A stretch of 64,000 nucleotides of DNA from Eledone cirrhosa (lineage: Eukaryota). The stretch spans positions 682,001 to 746,000 of the forward strand of contig OZ024756.1 of NCBI GenBank assembly GCA_964016885.1, in the 5' to 3' direction. Both the position numbers and the translations under genes were made by a program. Of the stretch, positions 40,131 through 52,935 are shown piece after piece. Under the pieces are notes generated by a model. The model was not told the DNA's origin. It was given only the letters and a program-made list of their open reading frames with translations, and did not search any database. Numbering within the stretch: the first letter of the stretch is position 1; each line of letters opens with the position of its first letter.

Positions 40131-40439
40131 AACTATATATATGTGAAAAAAAAACAAATAACGAAACGAAATTAAATTTCGTTTCGCTTCTAACTCACTT
40201 TTGTATGACTGACGCTTAAACAATTAAGTTAAAGTGTACATCTACATATGTATACGGAAGTATTAGTATGCATATAAATACACACATGTATACATATGTA
40301 CATGTACTCAGCTTTTCACTAGACACTTTACAGTGAGTGTCAGCTAGTCTGTATGTAACCACACAGACGGACCGGGTTTTAGAGTCATACGGGTTTTCAA
40401 GGAAACACATTTCCTCTATTCTCCAGAGGGCCAGACAGG

Positions 40440-40484
40440 AATATTGGACTAGTTTCGATGTTATTACATCTCATCAGCAATATT
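40440..40484 (-). ncRNA. Type I minimal hammerhead ribozyme
   Basis: Exact reverse complement of 40943-40987. Confidence 0.88.
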
Positions 40485-40942
40485 TACCCATCTTCCGGCT
40501 TCTCTGGAGAATTGTAAAAGCACATATCGTTATATGCTTTTTCTATGAAAATTAGTAGTGGGTAGACTAATTTGCATAGAACGTGAGTCATTGTACGCAC
40601 CGGTTCAGCGGAAACGATAAAAACAAATAACGAAACGAAATTAAATTTCGTTTCGCTTCTAACTCACTTTTGTATGACTGACGCTTAAACAATTAAGTTA
40701 AAGTGTACATCTACATATGTATACGGAAGTATTAGTATGCATATAAATACACACATGTATACATATGTACATGTACTCAGCTTTTCACTAGACACTTTAC
40801 AGTGAGTGTCAGCTAGTCTGTATGTAACCACACAGACGGACCGGGTTTTATGCAAATTAGTCTACCCACTACTAATTTTCATAGAAAAAGCATATAACGA
40901 TATGTGCTTTTACAATTCTCCAGAGAAGCCGGAAGATGGGTA

Positions 40943-40987
40943 AATATTGCTGATGAGATGTAATAACATCGAAACTAGTCCAATATT
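40943..40987 (+). ncRNA. Type I minimal hammerhead ribozyme, canonical core
   Basis: AATATTG-CTGATGA-GATGT-aata-ACATC-GAAAC-ta-GTC-CAATATT: 7-bp stem I, 5-bp stem II, palindromic ACTAGT stem III, GUC site. Confidence 0.9.
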
Positions 40988-41445
40988 CCTGTCTGGCCCT
41001 CTGGAGAATAGAGGAAATGTGTTTCCTTGAAAACCCGTATGACTCTAAAACCCGGTCCGTCTGTGTGGTTACATACAGACTAGCTGACACTCACTGTAAA
41101 GTGTCTAGTGAAAAGCTGAGTACATGTACATATGTATACATGTGTGTATTTATATGCATACTAATACTTCCGTATACATATGTGGATGTACACTTTAACT
41201 TAATTATATATATGTGTTTGTGTCTATATTGTATCTGTATTATTTTTGACCGTCGGTCAGTCAATGGCAACATTGAGGACCGAGTAAGTTAGATTACCGA
41301 TATAAAAGACAGCGAGAAGCGAAAACCAACCAAACAGTGAGTGTGTTCTGTTATTAATTCTGGGAATATTACACAAATATGACCCTCCCCAAGTATAACA
41401 ATATTTGTTTCGACACACGATTTCATATAAAAAACCTCGCAAAAC

Positions 41446-41476
<31 letters not shown>

Positions 41477-41590
41477 ATACTTTGGGAGGGTCATGTTGCC
41501 AGTAAGAATATTGCTAAACAAATTCAGAAACGAAATATATATATATATATATATAAACGGAAAAAATGAAACGAAATTTCATTTCCCACT

Positions 41591-41637
<47 letters not shown>

Positions 41638-41645
<8 letters not shown>

Positions 41646-42241
41646 ATATGGGTGAGAAGAATACTACTGGCTGCACATGGATAACATGTTATAAAATGAG
41701 TCCCTCATCCGTGATTTACCAAACGATCATGGGTATTTCATCGCATTAAAAATCATATACCTCACGTTGGAGCGATAATAACTAAAATAAGTTATTAGGA
41801 CAATAGAAACGCGTAAAGCGAGTGAGACAAGTAAACAACACAGGGGGAAGCTAATCGAAGATGGAAATAAACACAAGCAACATAGTTATTCTTTCAGCGT
41901 AAGCTGTGTGAATATATGAGCGAGTCAGAAAACAGACCTTTCGCTAGTGAATCCGGTGTTAGAAAGAATGAAAACCGTTTTCCCAGCGAACGGGAGGAAG
42001 AAAGAAGGGGAGAAACAGGGACTGAGTGAGTGGGAGTGCGAAGAAGAGGTCAGTAGAGAGAAAGAGTTAACTGACATGGCAGAGGGGACGAAAGAAAGTA
42101 AGAGAAACTGAGAGAACGAGGGAGCAGTAAGAGAGAAAGAGAGAAACACAGAATTGCAGTTTGGGTAAATATATGAAAATATGGGTGAGAAGAATACTGC
42201 TGGTTGCACATGGATAACATGTTATAAAATGAGTCCCTCAT
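41638..42241. mobile_element. 533-bp monomer with ~70-bp terminal direct repeat in (TA)n
   Basis: atatgaaaatatgggtgagaag...gagtccctcat at 41638-41709 and 42171-42241; no clear HHR. Confidence 0.65.
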
Positions 42242-42260
42242 TATATATATAATATATATA

Positions 42261-43110
<850 letters not shown>

Positions 43111-43597
43111 AAAAAAACAACCTTTTGAGCTACTTTTTTCAGTAAAAAGTAACTCAAAGACAAACTGGCGCGAAAGTTGATGTGCTTATTCACGTGACTG
43201 CATCAACCAACCAAATTTCACTCATATATGAAAAAACAATCTGAGTCCCCACCCCACACTTTTTCTAAAGGCAAATATAATAAGAAATTTGTAACGCGAA
43301 ATTTATTATACGTGACAATCTTCAACCAACGAAATCACTTTTCTAAAAAGCTAGCATTTCGAGCCACTTTTTTTTCCATATAAAACAGAAGTAACATCCG
43401 AACACCAACCGGATAAGAGAAAAACCACAAACCCTCCATCCCAATTCTACTTTTGAAAAGCACAAGAACTGCGAAATCGGTAAAGGAATCAAATAAATAT
43501 TCTTAAACAGACTCCAGTTGCATTTTCGACTTCATCTTTTTTCCTCATACTTTCACCCGTGTAGGACGTCTCGTAAAAAAACCCTCATTTTCAAATA

Positions 43598-43675
<78 letters not shown>

Positions 43676-43727
43676 AAAATGTTATATATATATAATATAT
43701 ATGTTATATATATATATGTATATATAT

Positions 43728-44152
43728 AATGGACTCTCCCGTCGATATCCGACGTATGAGTGTCCAACAAAATTTCAGCTCTCTTGATAGCGGTGTCTCG
43801 TGTGACATTTCAATACCGCCAGTGACCCACAGACCAAGCCACATAGATCGCAAGAGCAAGAGTTTATGGAGAGTCTTGAAGGTATCAAGATCCGTTGCTC
43901 CGTTCGGTCAAAACGCAATTTCTCTATGCGACTGGATTCAAAGCTCTTGATGGCACTATGTCACTTTTCTCTCCAGTCCTTTCTGTCAGCAGCAATTTGT
44001 TCGCAATAACGGAAAAATATTGCAAGAGCAGTGAGATTTGATTTCAACTTATCCTTATATCGTAGCCACGGTATACCAACTTTCCTGTTGCCACTGCTAA
44101 GATGACCATACATGAGGACTTTTGGAATTCTGTCGTCACGCATATAACGAAA
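43728..44152 (-). mobile_element. RTE-clade LINE 3' end
   Basis: MRDDRIPKVLMYGHLSSGNRKVGIPWLRYKDKLKSNL...AADRKDWR. Confidence 0.85.
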
Positions 44153-44259
44153 CAAAACTTTTAGGTAGGTAGACTTTATTCAAGTCATTCACATTAATAA
44201 CACTTTATATTTTTTACTTTAATAATACAGAAAATACAGAAAATTGTCAAAGTCACTTT

Positions 44260-45545
44260 ATTCCCATTCCTCTTCTTGATCCAGAAACCATCAAAGTCTT
44301 CACCCTGTGTATCTCAGTTTAACAGTTGGGCGATTTCGTCATCAAACATGCCCGGATCCCTCTCGTCATCCGAGTCAGTATCGTCATTGTTACCTGGCTG
44401 TTCTGTGATGATTCCGGCCTTCACCAAAGCTTGGATAACAGTTGAGACCGATACCTTGGCCCAGGCATCGACGATCCATTGGCAGACATTAGCGTAACTA
44501 GCCCCCCGGCGTTGCCTCCCTGTCTTGGAGAAGGTGTACTCGCCTTCTGTCACCCACTGCTCCCACGCGGCTCGCAATTTAACCTTAAACGACTTGTTAA
44601 TACTAATATCTAGCGGTTGGAGTTCTTTGGTTAATCCTCCCGCAATAATGGCAAGCTCCGAATTAGTTTGCTTCACTTGGTTGTTGACGGTATTGGTGAG
44701 ATGGGCGCGCATCGAGTCATAGATCAATAGGGACGGAGATGTGTGGAAAAACCACCCGGTCCCTTGAAGTAGACTTCTCCCAGCCACTTGCTCATCTTCT
44801 CCTCGTCCATCCAGCCTTTTGGGTTGACCTTGACAATGACTCCGGCCGGAAACTTTTCCTTTGGCAGTGTTTTCCTCTTGAAAATGACCATGGGTGGTGG
44901 CTTCTTGACATTGGCCTGGCAACCGAGGACTACTATGAAAGATGACTTCTTGTTCCCTGTGGTGCGTATAGTTACCGTACGGGTCCCTGTTTTTTCGACA
45001 GTACGGCTCATGGGGATGTCGAAGGCGAGGGGCACCTCATCCATGTTGGAGATGTGGGCTGGCTAGATCTTCTTTTCAGTGATCTTGTTCTTGCACTAGG
45101 TGCGGAAGATGGCCAGCTTTTCTTCGTAATTCTCTGGCAGCTTGCTGCGAGACGATAGTTCTTGTGCGGGTGAAGAGATGACGCCTTTTCATAAAATAAA
45201 AGCACCAAGAAAGATCTCCTTGAAAATCGCTGATCTTCATGTCACGTGCCATCGCTGTCGCCTTGAGTCGAATGGAGACACTTTTACCTGCTATTCTCTG
45301 TTCAATGATCCACTGTTCAATTATGTCCTCTAGCCGTGGCCACCTCGCTTTGTTAACCTCAGAAACTCTGTTTGGTCTTCTTGACTTGGCGCAGGTCATC
45401 TTCTTGCTTCCTCCACTTCCGTATCATTGACTCGATGATGCTGAACTCTTTCGCAGCTGTTCTATTCCCATGGCTTTGACTGATGGCCTTGAGTTTGAAA
45501 TCCGCTTGGTAAGGATGTCTCTTCACAGGTGCCATTTTTAGGCAT
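44260..45545 (-). pseudogene. pogo-family (POGK-like) transposase, frameshifted
   Basis: KARWPRLED (CENP-B-like HTH), NMDEVPLAFD, NPKGWMDE, LLIYDSMRAH, IAGGLTKELQPLDISINKSFK (DDE_1) spread over several frames. Confidence 0.9.
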
Positions 45546-45804
45546 GCTAATAATATGTTGAAGTACAGTGCATGTCATAAAAAGTGGCAGAGGTAAGAGC
45601 AAAAGCCTCGTCTTGGTAGTTGGATAGCTACTCTTCTCTGATTGGCTCATCGCCGCCCGAAGAAAGTGGAGGGTGAAAGTTAGGCTGCCTAGCGAGTAAA
45701 CAATGACTCACCCCTCATGGCATGTCTAGATGATGACCTAGACACTGTCTAGTAGACAGACGAATATTTTGAAAATGTTTGAATTTAAAGTTAAAGCAGG
45801 TTAA

Positions 45805-48550
45805 CATCATAAGGTTTGAAAATGTCCAGCATTAAATTGCATGTTGTTGTCCTTAGCCCATTTGTATATGGCATCCAGACCTTGTTGTAAAAGGGTAGCA
45901 TCAGCCGGGTTTTTGATTGCCTGTGCTATTTTTGTGTCATCAGCATAGCTAGTGAAGGATGTTGTATATAATACAGAGGGTATGTCTGACAGAGTCACCA
46001 AAAACAGTAGTGGTCCCAAGTCTTTGCCCCGGAGCACCCCACTTATTATTGATGTTTCCTTTTAGAGAGCTCCATTGTTGCAACTGTCTGGCTTCTGTCT
46101 TTTAAGAAATCATGCAGCCACTCACTTACTTTTCCAGTTATGCCGAGTCTGTGTAGTTTGTGGCATATCATTCCATGGTCGACCTTGTCAAAGTTCTTCG
46201 CAAAGTCAAGATATATCACGTCCACATGTGAGCTGTCCAGCAGTTGTTTCAGTACCCAGTCGTAGTGATGTAGCAGCTGTGTAAGGCAGCATCTTCCTGG
46301 GCGAAAGCCATGCTGATCAGTTTCTTTCTGATGATTCGCTCCATGATATAACTGATATGTGACGTCAGGGAGACAGATCTGTAGTTTTTAGCATCTGCTC
46401 TGCTTCCTCCTTTATGTATAGGGCATATTTTGCCTTCTTTTAGTTCTCTGGGTAGTTTACCGCTAGCCAGAGAACCTTTGAAGAAGATCTTCAGTGGTCT
46501 TGCTAAGGCACGCTTGCATGTTTTTAGAAGGATTGCTGGGAATCCATCTTGTCCAGCAGTTGAGTTTGTTTTCATTTCTTCTATGGCTGATATCACATCT
46601 TCCTCCGTTATGTCTATGTGATTGATGGTCGCCATTTCTTTGTGGAGTGTTGTGGCATCAAAGAAATCCTCTGGCTTTGTTATTTTCATGTGCCTCAGTG
46701 TGAATACACTTTTGTACTGTTCATTCAGTATTTCACTTATCCCCCGAGGATTCGCGGTCAATGAGCCATTTTTATGGAAAAGTGGCCCAATCCTGCAGTG
46801 TACCGAGGCAGTTTCTTTTGCAATTTTAAAGAAGGCCTTAGGGTTTGTTTTAATATTTTCTATGGCTCTGGCTTCTCTCTCTGCCCTTTCCTTCTCATGG
46901 AAAATTTTGAGTGCAGTTTCAATTTCAATTTGGTGTCTTGTGTGGTGATGCTGTCGCTCCAGTTTTGCTTCCGGATTTCTTTCTTGATCTTTTTCCAGTT
47001 AGCATTGTGAAAGTTAAGGTTGGATAAGTTCCCGGTGCTTCTTAATGGTTGCGTCTCTGTTGACTCTCTCAGACAACATATCATTAGTTATACTAAGTTA
47101 TGATTCAAGAAAATCGTTTATGTCACTTTTACATTTTGGATCCATGACATTCTCGCCTCTTGTTGGGAGGAGTACTGCTTGTTCCACGAAAAGCCTGTGT
47201 GAGAGGGCCAGCGAGGACTCCATCTGTCTCTGTTCGAGTGATGTCATTCCAGGGAGAAGGTGGCCCTCAGGCCATTTGATCTTTGGTAGGTTAAAGTCTC
47301 CCTTGGAGACTCTAATCCAGTTTGTCAAGGACTTCTTCCATCGTTCTGCGGCTATCTTCAAACTTACCTTTATGACTGGGGACATCTGGTGGCCGATATG
47401 TAACACATATTACTGTTTTCAGTTGCTTCATATGTACTATCAGTGTGTCACAGACTGAGTTTGAATGTGTCAACAGTACAATGGGTGTGACATCTTCATG
47501 GATGTACAGAGCAACCCCACCACGAGTTCTCTCCTTCCTGTCTGAACGAAATACAGTATATTTTGGTATATGGATTTCCGCATCTGCTTTACTACTTGTC
47601 AGGTGCGTTTCAGTTAGTGCCATGCATATTGCTTGATTGCTTATGGCTAAGTTTCCCAGGTAGGGAATTTTATTCATGTTAGTGAGTTTCACCAGTCCTC
47701 TGACATTCAGGTGTCATCAGTGGCTGTCGGTGTGGCACCTGGGCTGGTGTCAGTGGCGGCCACCCTGGGTCCCTTGATTGTGGTGGTCTCGAGTGCTGGT
47801 GTGTGTGACCCTAGCTATGAAAATGATGCAGCCATGTCAGTTGTCCCACAATCCTCTCCGCCATTTCTAAAAAAGACTTTTGCTCTGCTGCCGCCGTCTG
47901 TATCTCATCTGTATATGCTTGACTTCTCCTCTTTGATGGGGCGGCTTGCATCGGTTCTGGTTTTGGCTGGGACCTTTTGGATGAGTACGTTGGTCCTAGC
48001 TTACCTGGGGCCTGGGGTGAGCAAACAGCCTGTCCCTGTTTCTCCATGCCATCAGGTCCTCTTTCTGAAGAACTTGCAGGCTACCTGGATTTTCTTTCTC
48101 CCAGGGTATCAGTGACTTCTGTCCTTCCCTTGGACAGTTGCCTACTGGTCCCTTTCTCCCTGGATTCTTTTTTTCATCTGGTGGTTCCTCGTTTCCTCTT
48201 TACCTTATTCCTGTTGTTTACCCGGCCTGTCTTCCCCGACTATGGTGCCGGTCATCTCATTTACGGTTGCTCTCAGCTCCTTTTGTGTCTCCGTAGACCC
48301 TCTGTAGCCAGTATTTATTTTTTTCTGTCTTTTTTTTTTCTTTCTTTTCTTTCTCTTTGTCATCTACTTCATTGAGGACACAACTAAGCAAAGCCATGTG
48401 TTGTGCTATAAGGACATAGGCCCTCTCAATTTCTTTTCTTTTCCTCTTTATTTGCGCCAAAGTCCCCAGGAAGCTATGTCTCTTCAAGGTCTCCGCAATT
48501 ATTTGGGTTGGCGGTAACCCATCAGCCAGGCTCTTTCTTTCCCTCATGGC
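45805..48550 (-). mobile_element. CR1/L2-group LINE remnant (ORF1 trace, APE, RT)
   Basis: ALTETHL..RSDRKERTRGGVALY..YRPPD and GDFNLP (APE); GQDGFP, NYRSVSLTS, LGPLLFL, SYADDTK (RT); many frameshifts. Confidence 0.9.
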
Positions 48551-48753
48551 TTTTTGATAGATAAAAGGTTATGGACGCGCTATGGATAGATGTTCTGTTT
48601 ATAATGCGCCGAAACATCCATGACCCATAGTAAACAGCTAATGAAGGGAAACTGTCCATCTCTTATTTGTGTCGCCTTACCTTCTAATACTCGATATCAG
48701 TAACCACATAGCCTCGCCTTCCTTAATCCATATATATATATATATATATATAT

Positions 48754-49457
48754 ATCACGATAAATTAACGGAGACATAGACTCTCGCTATTCCCTGTCAA
48801 TAATGTGCTCAAAGGAAAAGGAATCCTGAGCTCTTTAAGGTAACACACTAGAGAGCGATAGTGCGCCATCAATAAAACAGGGAAAACCCACCAGTGTATG
48901 GAATCTATAATCTATGAAAGGCAGGGTAGACATACGATAATTAAAAATATAAACTAAAGTGTAAATACATACCTCTATAACTATATAACACACGTACAAA
49001 TCCAAAGAGATCTGTTTCGCCAAGAAGTTGTTGACTGAAATGAAATAGCCCATGGTTCATCAGCGGGAGTAAGGCTATACATTCCAGACAACTCTAAGAG
49101 AATCTAAAGCGACTGTCCAGCTACACGCGGGAGAGAGATGTCACAGCGTGTTTAGGGCAGTGAACCAGTGGTGTATGAGGGACGAGCTGCTAGAAAGGGC
49201 AGCCCAAAACCATTCAGAGAAGTGTGCTCAACCAAACAGAGAGAAGAAAGACTGTTATAAGGAGCGAAATATCACGATAAATTAACGGAGCCATAGACTC
49301 TCGCTATTCCCTGTCAATAATGTTCTCAAAGGAGAAGGAATCCTGAGCTCTTTAAAATACAATATGTTGAAAAGGTAACACACTAGAGAGAGATAGTGTG
49401 CCATCAATAAAACAGGGAAAAACCACCAGTGTATAGAATCTATAACCTAAGAAAGGC
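48754..49457 (-). mobile_element. Family B 517-bp monomer in partial tandem
   Basis: atcacgataaattaacggag... at 48754 and 49271; minus-strand CTGATGA-aCCA...TGGc-GAAAC at 49014-49063. Confidence 0.75.
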
Positions 49458-49554
49458 ATATAAAAGACAGCGAGAAGCGAAAACCAACCAAACAGTGAGT
49501 GTGTTCTGTTATTCATTCTGGCAATATTACACAAATATGACCCTCCCCAAGTAT

Positions 49555-49630
<76 letters not shown>

Positions 49631-49701
49631 TAAAATAACAGATTAAAGTTTAAGCAAAGAATCGCTGCTTTCACCCTTAACGGGATCTTCTGAAACTAAC
49701 A

Positions 49702-50328
49702 AAGATCTTTCTTTCCCTTATTACGAAGCATTTTCCCCCTACACATAAATATAGTAAAATTTTTAATAGAAATACTATTAAAATTTCTTACTCTACGACT
49801 CCTAACCTTGCACATAACATCACAGCTTCAAATTTAGCTAAACTACCTAGCCGTAGGAACACGTGCAACCCTGTAGTTAGTACTAACTGTAATTGTAGGA
49901 AACGGGCTGATTGCCCCCTATCCGGGAAATGCCTCTCTAGTAACATTGTCTACAAATGTAAGGTTGTAACACCCACGTCCCGTAGGGCCTACATAGGGTT
50001 AACCGCCAATAGTTTCAAGCAGCGTCTTTACATGCATACTCATTCTTTTCGTTACCCTCTAAGAAGGAATATGACGTCACTTTCAGCTTATATCTGGAGT
50101 CTAAAAGACAACCACACCCAATATAAGTTACACTGGGAGATCCTAGCTAGGGCTAGATCGTATAACGGAAATAAAAGACCATGTGACCTCTGCGCCGCTG
50201 AGGCCCTGGAAATACTCTACGCTACAGACCACATCTTAAACAAAAAATCTGAGGCAATTTCGGCTTGTAAACATAAATTGCACAAAACTTTCCTGTATTA
50301 CAGCCCCACGTTATACCCTAACGGATAG
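49702..50328 (+). pseudogene. PLE linker plus GIY-YIG endonuclease, open frame but 5'-truncated
   Basis: KHFPPTHKYSKIFNRNTIKISYS...CNCRKRADCPLSGKCLSSNIVYKC...AYIGLTANSFKQR...LSAYIW...CDLC...LNKKSE...CKH. Confidence 0.88.
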
Positions 50329-51249
50329 CACGTGGATATTTTACGTCTTGATGTGGGAGCTAAGTATATGTTTTGTTTATTCCTTTACTTATTTGCATAG
50401 GTAAGTATATATTACCCGTATGTTTTGTGAAGGTATGTATACCTTCTCGTACGTATATTTGACTGTTATAGCGTATAATTTTTACATATTTTGGTATTTA
50501 GGGTTTGGCTATGTGTATACGGGAGTTTTGCGTCCGCGTGAGTGTGCAGGTTCGTACGTATGGTGGGTGTGTGTATATGTGTACTTCTTGTTTTAGTTGA
50601 CTTACGTCTCCGAACATTCGTGTATTTATATGTAGGTATGCGTGTGCGCTTGTTATATACGTATTTATTTACTTATATACGTTTATATAATTATTTATTT
50701 ATTTGTACACAAGCATACACACACACACATATTTATATGTGCGTGGTTTTGTATACCCATGGTAAGGTTTTGCGTATGCTTGTGTATGTACGTATCTGTT
50801 TGCGTGTATGTATTTATTTGTTTCTATTACTTCTGTATTGTATTTATTTACTTTGTCCTTAACTCTGTAGCGGAGATTCATTTGGTCTCCTAGTTAGAAT
50901 TTTAGTCTACGATTTCTGCTATACCATTTACGTGGTTTTGTCTTTGCGTGCTATTGTTCTCCACGCTCCACATATGACTTATTATCTTCGTTTTTTCGTT
51001 CATTGCCAGAGAACGTCTCTATGCACCACCTAAGAGAACATTAGTCTACGACCTCTTTTATACCATAAACGTGGTTCTGTCTTTGCGCGTAATTGTTTTT
51101 CACCGCTCCTATTATTGACGTATTATTCGTTTTTTCCCGTTCTTTGCCAGCGAACGTTACCACGAACACCAAAGTATCGCCTTCCTGTCTTCCTCCGGTT
51201 GCAACGTTTTTTGAAATATCCAGTTCTGCGTTTACAGATTGACTTTGTT

Positions 51250-51300
51250 AGTTTCAGAAGATCCCGTTAAGGGTGAAAGCAGCGATTCTTTGCTTAAACT
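51250..51300 (+). ncRNA. Hammerhead variant with CAGAAGA core
   Basis: AGTTT-CAGAAGA-t-CCC-gttaa-GGG-t-GAA-AGCAG-cgattct-TTGCT-T-AAACT. Confidence 0.6.
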
Positions 51301-51406
51301 TTAATCTGTTATTTTAATAAATATTTGCTCTACGGTTCTTATATATTTGATATATATTTTCCTTATCGAGCCCTCTTTGGATTTTAGTCTTCAATTTTAT
51401 TATTAT

Positions 51407-51444
<38 letters not shown>

Positions 51445-51448
<4 letters not shown>

Positions 51449-51511
51449 GTCTATTGATTCCACATCATATCCTCTTTCTAAGAGGATATGATCCGAAATC
51501 AATAGACGTGT
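51445..51511 (+). repeat. Short fold-back with degenerate HHR
   Basis: acacgtctattgatt...cctctt / aagagg...aatcaatagacgtgt; CT-AAGA-GGAT-atg-ATCC-GAAA-tca-ATA. Confidence 0.55.
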
Positions 51512-51653
51512 CCAAGGAACCTGCGAGTCTAGAGTCAAGTAGATCCACACATGGATCGCACCGCAAGCTGTTTGCCGGGGAAACAATTGTAACACAATAA
51601 ATTGAGTTCCGATGCATCACTGATTTTTCGTTTTCCATTCTATATATATATAT

Positions 51654-52153
51654 GGGGTAACAAGTTATCGTTATAGGTAATCTAGTTAGAGGTTGTGAGT
51701 ACTCTGCGTCGTGGATAGTTTTAACGTACGGCTTTGTTTAACTCAACAAGTTGTATCCATAGTTAGGCAGCGAGTTCGCGGTAATTCCTATGTAGGTTAT
51801 ATTTGGAGTAATAATAGTGAAAGAATGAAGAGTAACATGGTTTGCAATACAACAAGGGGCTTTATTTCAGGTATTGACAATTGTTTCATTGATCAGGTGA
51901 GTCTAGAGGTCGCTAATCGCTTGAAGTTGCGTCACTCGATCTCCATTACATTATTTACCTCTGACCAACTCATAAGAATACCAGAGTATTCTGATGAGTT
52001 GGTCAGAGGTAAATAATGTAATGGAGATCAAGTGATGCAACTTCGAGTGATTAGCGACCTCTAGACTCACCTGATCAATGAAACAATTGTCAATACCTGA
52101 AATAAAGCCCCTTGTTGTATTGCAAACCATGTTACTCTTCATTCTTTCACTAT
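51654..52153. mobile_element. HHR element family G with 168-bp inverted arms
   Basis: Arms 51814-51981 / 51986-52153; a decayed copy is at 14225-14420. Confidence 0.85.
51986..52096 (+). ncRNA. Hammerhead ribozyme with ~80-nt stem II domain
   Basis: GTATT-CTGATGA-GTTGGTCAG-(64 nt)-CTGATCAAT-GAAAC-aatt-GTC-AATAC. Confidence 0.8.
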
Positions 52154-52267
52154 ATATATATATATATATGTATGGGGGACAAAATATACATATGGGGGAC
52201 TAAACTCTAGTGAGTGAACATCGTTAAATTTTCTCCCTCATTTCAAGGATTTGAAGACAATTCGTTT

Positions 52268-52342
52268 TCACCTGACGAGATCAGTGATAATCGATCACGG
52301 CGACACGATCGATTCTATCTCTTATTGAAACATGTGTCGTGA
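52268..52342 (+). ncRNA. Hammerhead ribozyme with extended stem II
   Basis: TCAC-CTGACGA-...AATCGATC-acggcgacac-GATCGATT...-GAAAC-atgt-GTC-GTGA. Confidence 0.65.
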
Positions 52343-52579
52343 TTAAAATGATTGGAAATTTATACCATGCCTTCGGATCTTTATTTTCATATATATATTT
52401 AATACATTAACAGAGAAAGCTTTAAGCAATACTCCGACCGGCTTCAGTCTCACTCAACAAACATTAGGATATACCTTAGTATAATCCCAATTATACGTTT
52501 GGGGTGCTAACTATCCGTATTTTGCGGATAGCCAGTTGTAATATTTTATATGAGGCATAATTAAATTATTTATATATAT

Positions 52580-52772
52580 AATAATTGTTTCTACTTTTAG
52601 CACAAGGCCAGCAATTATCCCAGTGCGTTCCTGATACTTTATTTTATCGACCCCGTAAGGATGAAAGGCAAAGTTAACCTCGGCGGGATTTGAACTCAGA
52701 ATGGCAAGGGCCGTAACTCTATGCGTCAAAGCATGGTGTCCGACCCTCTACCGATACTGCCAATCCACCGCC
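52580..52772 (-). mobile_element. SINE S1, full length
   Basis: Reverse complement of 8235-8420. Confidence 0.9.
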
Positions 52773-52935
52773 CTAATAATAGTCATAATAATATTTATAC
52801 TTATATATAATTATCTATATATAATTATAAATAAGGTACGGGTAATATTGTGTATTATCCACCAGTAAGACAATTAGCCCCATGTAAAATATCAGATATA
52901 CTACAGAACATGTAGTTTTCGAAGACAGGGACAAA

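Larger units (their letters stand above)
40146..41204. mobile_element. Non-coding 469-bp HHR monomer: ~1.5 tandem copies (-) plus an inverted ~0.75 copy (+); retrozyme-like
   Basis: 40150-40380 repeats at 40619-40849; 40850-41204 is inverted; 12-bp target-site duplication tatatatatgtg (40134-40145 / 41205-41216). Confidence 0.85.
38596..41402 (+). mobile_element. 5'-truncated Penelope-like retroelement with inverted 3'-end copy at its 5' end
   Basis: 38596-38687 is the reverse complement of 41310-41402. Contains an RT/GIY-YIG ORF, a 3' UTR HHR and a nested insertion. Confidence 0.9.
49625..51412 (+). mobile_element. 5'-truncated Penelope-like element (family C) with inverted 5' arm
   Basis: 49625-49703 is inverse to 51244-51323; GIY-YIG ORF; 140-bp tandem duplication in the 3' UTR (50901 / 51041); flanked by (TA)n. 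Confidence 0.9.

Noticed and set aside
40337-41090. Duplicated 72-aa ORF (MSASLYVTTQ...) as a gene pair
   Set aside because: It is the antisense reading of the HHR monomer, duplicated by the inversion. It has a GTG start and no coding signature.
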